Assembly (NCBI GenBank): GCA_034670305.1
Contig: JAXMNT010000007.1
Coordinates: 1 to 64,000, forward strand
Direction: 5' to 3'
Source: Deltaproteobacteria bacterium
GTDB lineage: Bacteria > Myxococcota_A > Polyangia > Polyangiales > Houyiibacteriaceae
DNA: 64,000 nt
This document shows positions 58,652 through 64,000 of this stretch, piece by piece (within the stretch, counting starts at the first letter, position 1; every line of letters begins with the position of its first letter). Below the pieces are notes generated by a model. The model saw nothing but the letters and a program-made list of their open reading frames with translations. It was not told the DNA's origin and searched no databases. The translations under genes and the position numbers were made by a program.

Positions 58652-59862
58652 CGGGTGGCTCGCGCGCGGTTCTTGGCTCGGACGGTTCGGCGGCGAACGT
58701 ACACGAGACCGAACATCGAAAGGGAGAGGAGGAGGAGTGGACTCGGAGGCTCTGAGCCACCGGGGAGACTGACGGCGCATCCGCCTTCTCCACACCCGCC
58801 TTCGACGGCGTCGCAGAAGCCGACGCCCGTCCGTCGGGTGATGCAGACCTCGGCCGAGAGCGCGCCCTCGTTGCCCGCTTGGTCGATCGACGCGATCCGC
58901 AGACCCGCCTGGCCGCCTTCGGCGACACCGAGCGCGTTCAGGTCGAGCGTGGTGCTGGACTCGCCTGGGCCCGTGGTCCGGGTGGTGACGATGCTCATCA
59001 TCGTCATGCCCCCGTCCTCGAGACCTGCGTCTTCGAGACCTGCGTCTTCGAGACCCGCGTCCTCGGCGGCGCCTGCGTCCGTGCCCGCGTCGGTGCCCGC
59101 GTCCACCGACATGCCCGCATCTTCGGTGCCCCCATCGGTGCGCACGCCGCCGCCATCCTGGGTGATGGTCGTGCCACAGCCATCGGACTCGATGTAGACC
59201 CGGTAGGAGAGGTCGGCTGGCGGGTCCGCGTCGCTCACGTTCGGCCAGTCGACCGTGACGTTGTTGCCCTCGAGGGTCAACGGGCTCGGGACGGGCGCCG
59301 CCGGGGCGACTGCGTCGATGGTCAGGTCGAAGAAGCCGAATTGGGTGGCCGCGACGGTGCCGACCTCTTCGTCCGAGCCGGTGCCGATGAGGTAGAAGCG
59401 GTAGGTCCGGCGCTCGCGCCCGCAGATGTCCGCGCCGGTGGTCGAACCGGTGTCGCCCGCGACGATGTCGGCCAGCGGAATCGTGATGCGGCTGTCGCCG
59501 TCCACGACCGGGTCGACGCGGAGGTGCACGCAGGTCCGGACGGCCGGGTCGCTGCTGCGCGCGTTGGCGTCGGCGATGCAATCGACGCTCGCGCCGTTGC
59601 TGTGCCAGATGTCGAGGCGGTTGGCCGCCGCGGCCGGCACGTTGTTCACCTGGATCTGCACCGCGGCGTCGCTGGACGTGCAGTCCGCGATGCCGAATCC
59701 GCGGATGATCTCGCTCGCGGTGGTGCGGTTGCCCCGTCCACCGGTCAGCTGCGCGATGTCGGCCGTGATCTGAGCCTCTGCGACCCCTGGAAGGGAGAGC
59801 AGCGCCGCCACCAGACACAAGGCGTGAAGGGGACGAACCCGTGCGGTGCGAGAGAAGAACAT
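58648..59862 (-). CDS. MYXO-CTERM-type anchored surface protein (MXAN_2561-like)
   Basis: Signal peptide, Cys pairs, FN3/Ig-like D..GNE motif, DAG repeats, C-terminal GGCAV..G...P-hydrophobic-RRR tail. Confidence 0.75.
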   Translation of the reverse strand: MFFSRTARVRPLHALCLVAALLSLPGVAEAQITADIAQLTGGRGNRTTASEIIRGFGIADCTSSDAAVQIQVNNVPAAAANRLDIWHSNGASVDCIADANARSSDPAVRTCVHLRVDPVVDGDSRITIPLADIVAGDTGSTTGADICGRERRTYRFYLIGTGSDEEVGTVAATQFGFFDLTIDAVAPAAPVPSPLTLEGNNVTVDWPNVSDADPPADLSYRVYIESDGCGTTITQDGGGVRTDGGTEDAGMSVDAGTDAGTDAGAAEDAGLEDAGLEDAGLEDGGMTMMSIVTTRTTGPGESSTTLDLNALGVAEGGQAGLRIASIDQAGNEGALSAEVCITRRTGVGFCDAVEGGCGEGGCAVSLPGGSEPPSPLLLLSLSMFGLVYVRRRTVRAKNRARATR

Positions 59863-60004
59863 TGGGAAAAGCGTGAGCAAGAAGCGAACCAGGGGTAAGG
59901 GCTGAGTTTCTGGGGTTTCGCCCACGACCGGGCGACGAACCGTCGTCATTGTGGCACGCGCACTGCCCATCGGGGTCGGTGCCTGCCAGATTGCCATCGG
60001 GCGC

Positions 60005-61009
<1,005 letters not shown>

Positions 61010-61126
61010 ACAGAGGTGTTAGCCCCATTCCCCAGAGGGTCAACGAAGTGGCGCATCAAGACCGCGCTCTTGCGTGATGGCGCTTCACCGACCACAGAAC
61101 GTTCCTACCGGGGGATGAGGCACTCC

Positions 61127-62722
61127 ATGTCGCGACTTCAGATCAACTCGTTGCCACCCGCGCTGCCGCGGATCTTGTCCGTTGTGCTCGGCGCAGTGGT
61201 GCTCGCGTCCGTGTCGGCAGCAGCCCAGCCGCCAGATCCTCCCTTGCCCCCTTCGCCGGTTCCGCCAGACACCCGCGCCGAGGATGTCGTGCGCAGCGCG
61301 CCCGTGCCGCCACCGGACGCGGACACGAGCGACGAAGCCGTGCGTGCCCAGCTCAGCGCACTGGCCGATCCATCCGGCATGACCGCGGACGAAGCCGCGC
61401 GTTTGGCCGCGGAGTCGGCCCCCTCGCTGCGAAGCGCGCAGATGTTCGTCCGCGCAGCGCAAGCCGCCTCCCGGGAAGCCTGGCAGGGGCTGTTCCCCCA
61501 GCTCTCGGTCAGCGCCCGCTACACGCGGCTGAGTCGGGTGGATCAGCCGGCGTTCGGAACGTCCGCGTTCTCGGAGGACGAACTCGCGCTGGCGCGGCTG
61601 GCGGCGAGCGGTGTGGACGATCCCGAAGCGCGCGGGCTGTGGAACGGCTTGCTCGATTCGTTCAGCAACACCGAGGCGTTCAGCTTCCCAGTGCTTCTCA
61701 ACCAGTACGGATTCCGCGCGACGGTCAGCTACCCGGTCTCGGATCTCTTCTTCACCATCCTCCCCGCCTACCGCGCCAGCGAGACGGCGGTCGAAGCGCG
61801 GCGCGCGCAGGTCGCGGTGGAACGGCGCCAGGTCGAGATGCGGGCGCGCGAAGCGCTCTTCGAACTCGCGCGCGCGCGCGGCGGCCAGGTCATCGCGGCG
61901 AAGGCCCTGGAACAAGCCGAGGCCCATCAGACCCAGCTCGACGCGATCATCGCAGCCGGCGCCGCAGCCCCGGTCGAAGGACTTCGACTGCAGGCCCAGG
62001 TCGCGCAAGCGCGGGTGACGGTGGCGCGTGCGAACGCAGGTGCGGTGCTCGCCGACCGGGCGCTCCGGTCCTTGCTGCACGTGGAGAGCACGGACCCGAT
62101 CCGCATCGGCGAGGACTTCTCGGTGACGCCGACTCCGCCCTCCGGCAGCCTCGAGACGCTCACCGAACGCGCCCTGCGCGACCGTGCGGAGCTCGCCGCC
62201 CTGCACGCGCTCGAGCGGGCCCGCGAGCAGGCCATTCGATCCGACCTCGGGCGGCGTTACCCGCAGCTCTTGGTGCAGGCGAACCTCGACATCGCGAACC
62301 CCAACCAGCGGATCATTCCCCAGCGGCAGGAGTTCGACACCACGTGGGATGTGAGCGTGGTGCTGCGTTGGTCTCCGAACGAGTTCGGGCAGGCACGCCA
62401 GCGGGTCGAATCGGCGCGGGCCACGTTGATGCAAGTGCGGGCGGACGTGGACGCGGTGCGCGACGCGGTGCAGTTGGAAGTAGCCCAGGGCGTGGAAGGC
62501 ATGACCGCCGCACGCCTCTCATTCGACGCGGCGCTCATCGGCCTGCGCGCAGCCTCCGAGAGCTACCGCGTGCGCCGAATGCAACTCGAGGCCGGCGCCG
62601 CGGTGACGAGTGACCTCATCGATGCGGATGCCGACCTCACGAGGGCGCGACTGCAGCTCGTGGACGCGGCGATCGAGCTGCACCTCACCGACGCGCGCCT
62701 GCGACACGCGCTCGGCGAGTAG
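61127..62722 (+). CDS. TolC-family outer membrane efflux protein
   Basis: Signal peptide, two OEP repeats (A....P.L...P.LS; R.EL.....YPQL; G......L.DA...L..A). Confidence 0.85.
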   Translation: MSRLQINSLPPALPRILSVVLGAVVLASVSAAAQPPDPPLPPSPVPPDTRAEDVVRSAPVPPPDADTSDEAVRAQLSALADPSGMTADEAARLAAESAPSLRSAQMFVRAAQAASREAWQGLFPQLSVSARYTRLSRVDQPAFGTSAFSEDELALARLAASGVDDPEARGLWNGLLDSFSNTEAFSFPVLLNQYGFRATVSYPVSDLFFTILPAYRASETAVEARRAQVAVERRQVEMRAREALFELARARGGQVIAAKALEQAEAHQTQLDAIIAAGAAAPVEGLRLQAQVAQARVTVARANAGAVLADRALRSLLHVESTDPIRIGEDFSVTPTPPSGSLETLTERALRDRAELAALHALERAREQAIRSDLGRRYPQLLVQANLDIANPNQRIIPQRQEFDTTWDVSVVLRWSPNEFGQARQRVESARATLMQVRADVDAVRDAVQLEVAQGVEGMTAARLSFDAALIGLRAASESYRVRRMQLEAGAAVTSDLIDADADLTRARLQLVDAAIELHLTDARLRHALGE

Positions 62723-62832
62723 GGCGCTGAGCGACCTGCTCGTCGTCCCGCGCGTCCGTGCGCCGAATGCAACTCGAGGCCGGCCCCGCGATGCGGATGC
62801 CGACCTCGAGGCCGAACGGGTTCGAACTGCTC

Positions 62833-63498
62833 TTAGAAGCGTGCGGTCAGGGCGAGTCCGGCGCGCTCGCGGCTGATGATCGGCGCCAGCGAGTAGTTTT
62901 GGGCCGACCACTGACGGCGCGCACGCAAGCGCTTCGGCAGGAGAATCGCGAGACCGATGACGAGCATGGCGACGCCGGCGACACCGAGGACGGCGCCGAC
63001 GTAGAGCGACGGGTCCGTGACGCAGAAGTCGTCGAACGCGCTGCAGGTCTCGGAGGTCGCGATGAGCGCGCCGCCGACTGCGAGCAGGCCGACGCCGATG
63101 CCCGCGAAGATGAAGGGCGCGGCCAGGCTGGGGCGGCGGGCCGGAGGGGCCTGGAACTGTGGCTGTGGCTGGTAGTACTGCTGCTGCTGTTGCTGCGGGT
63201 ACTGCTGCGGCTGCTGCTGGTACTGCTGGGACTGCGGCTGAGGCACCACCTCGACCTGGGCGTTCACCTGGAACGCGCTCTCGTCGACCTGGACCTGTTG
63301 CACATTGGCGGCTTGGATCGTGACGACCTGCCCATCGGCCATCTGGATCACGACGTCGGCGCCTTGACCGTACGAGAGGATCTCACCTTGGACCTGGCTC
63401 CCATCGGTCAGGAACACCGTGCCCTGGTCGGCCAGTGCCACGGAACCGAACGCCAAACTCATCGCACACGTCAGAAGCCATTTTCGCAAAGTCGTCAT
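62833..63498 (-). CDS. secreted Q/Y-rich protein with hydrophobic hairpin and terminal Phe
   Basis: Signal peptide; VFLTDGSQVQG small beta domain; QQYQQQP tract; two TM-like segments around a Cys pair; ends AGLALTARF. Confidence 0.78.
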   Translation of the reverse strand: MTTLRKWLLTCAMSLAFGSVALADQGTVFLTDGSQVQGEILSYGQGADVVIQMADGQVVTIQAANVQQVQVDESAFQVNAQVEVVPQPQSQQYQQQPQQYPQQQQQQYYQPQPQFQAPPARRPSLAAPFIFAGIGVGLLAVGGALIATSETCSAFDDFCVTDPSLYVGAVLGVAGVAMLVIGLAILLPKRLRARRQWSAQNYSLAPIISRERAGLALTARF

Positions 63499-63653
63499 GA
63501 ATCCTCCCGGGCGGAGAATAGCGGGACAATGCACCTCTGGCGATCTTCAATGTTCCAGCCCAGGCTGAAGCCTCCGATGCACACCCATTCCCACACGCGA
63601 TGTGCTGCGCTGGAAAGCACCAGAACCCCCACGCACCCGAGACGGGTGGGTCG

Positions 63654-64000
63654 ATGACCGTCCTCGTGGCGGCCGGCGTGATCCGCCGACCCGGCGACCC
63701 GCGCATCTTGCTGACGCAGCGTCTTCCGTCGGCGCACCTGGCCGGAAAGTGGGAGTTCCCAGGCGGCAAGCTCGAGCCAGGCGAAGCCCCGACCGACGCG
63801 CTTCGGCGTGAATGTTTGGAAGAATGCGGGATCGAGGTGGCGCCAGGCGACATCCTCGAGGTCACCTTTCACGCCTACCCCACCAAAGACGTTCTGCTTC
63901 TGTTCTACGACGCAACGTGGCTCGAGGGCGCGGTGCAGCACCTCGGGGTGGCGGATCACCGCTGGGTGCGGCCGGAGGACATCTCCTCCTACGACCTGCC
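63654..64000 (+). CDS. MutT-like Nudix hydrolase (truncated by window end)
   Basis: Manual translation MTVLVAAGVI...HLAGKWEFPGGKLEPGEAPTDALRRECLEECG matches the Nudix box GX5EX7REUXEEXG. Confidence 0.88.
   Translation, partial: MTVLVAAGVIRRPGDPRILLTQRLPSAHLAGKWEFPGGKLEPGEAPTDALRRECLEECGIEVAPGDILEVTFHAYPTKDVLLLFYDATWLEGAVQHLGVADHRWVRPEDISSYDL

Overview
High-GC chromosomal segment that looks myxobacterial (probably Polyangiales/Sandaracinaceae-like; inferred from a MYXO-CTERM-type tail, DAG-repeat lipoproteins, a DUF1592/DUF1552 pair and a 3,746-aa AgmK-like TPR protein). Housekeeping genes are proB, proA, rsfS, rlmH, smpB, tRNA-Cys, acnA, truA, asd and a partial Nudix hydrolase. Accessory content includes a split aryl-polyene/xanthomonadin-like type II PKS remnant (ACP, GT2, flavin-dependent halogenase, KS-CLF-KS), a barrel-less POTRA protein coupled to an M48 protease, a GrxD-HesB-rhodanese fusion, a membrane sulfatase-like/HEAT protein, and several secreted proteins sharing a hydrophobic-hairpin plus terminal-Phe tail. 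Non-coding DNA carries a CTAG-bounded MITE-like element (two copies, inverted, bracketing the proBA-rsfS-rlmH block), a five-copy REP-like palindrome family, and 12-, 18- and 21-bp tandem arrays. No CRISPR array, rRNA, integrase or transposase was seen. All product calls come from motif recognition by eye; no searches were run.
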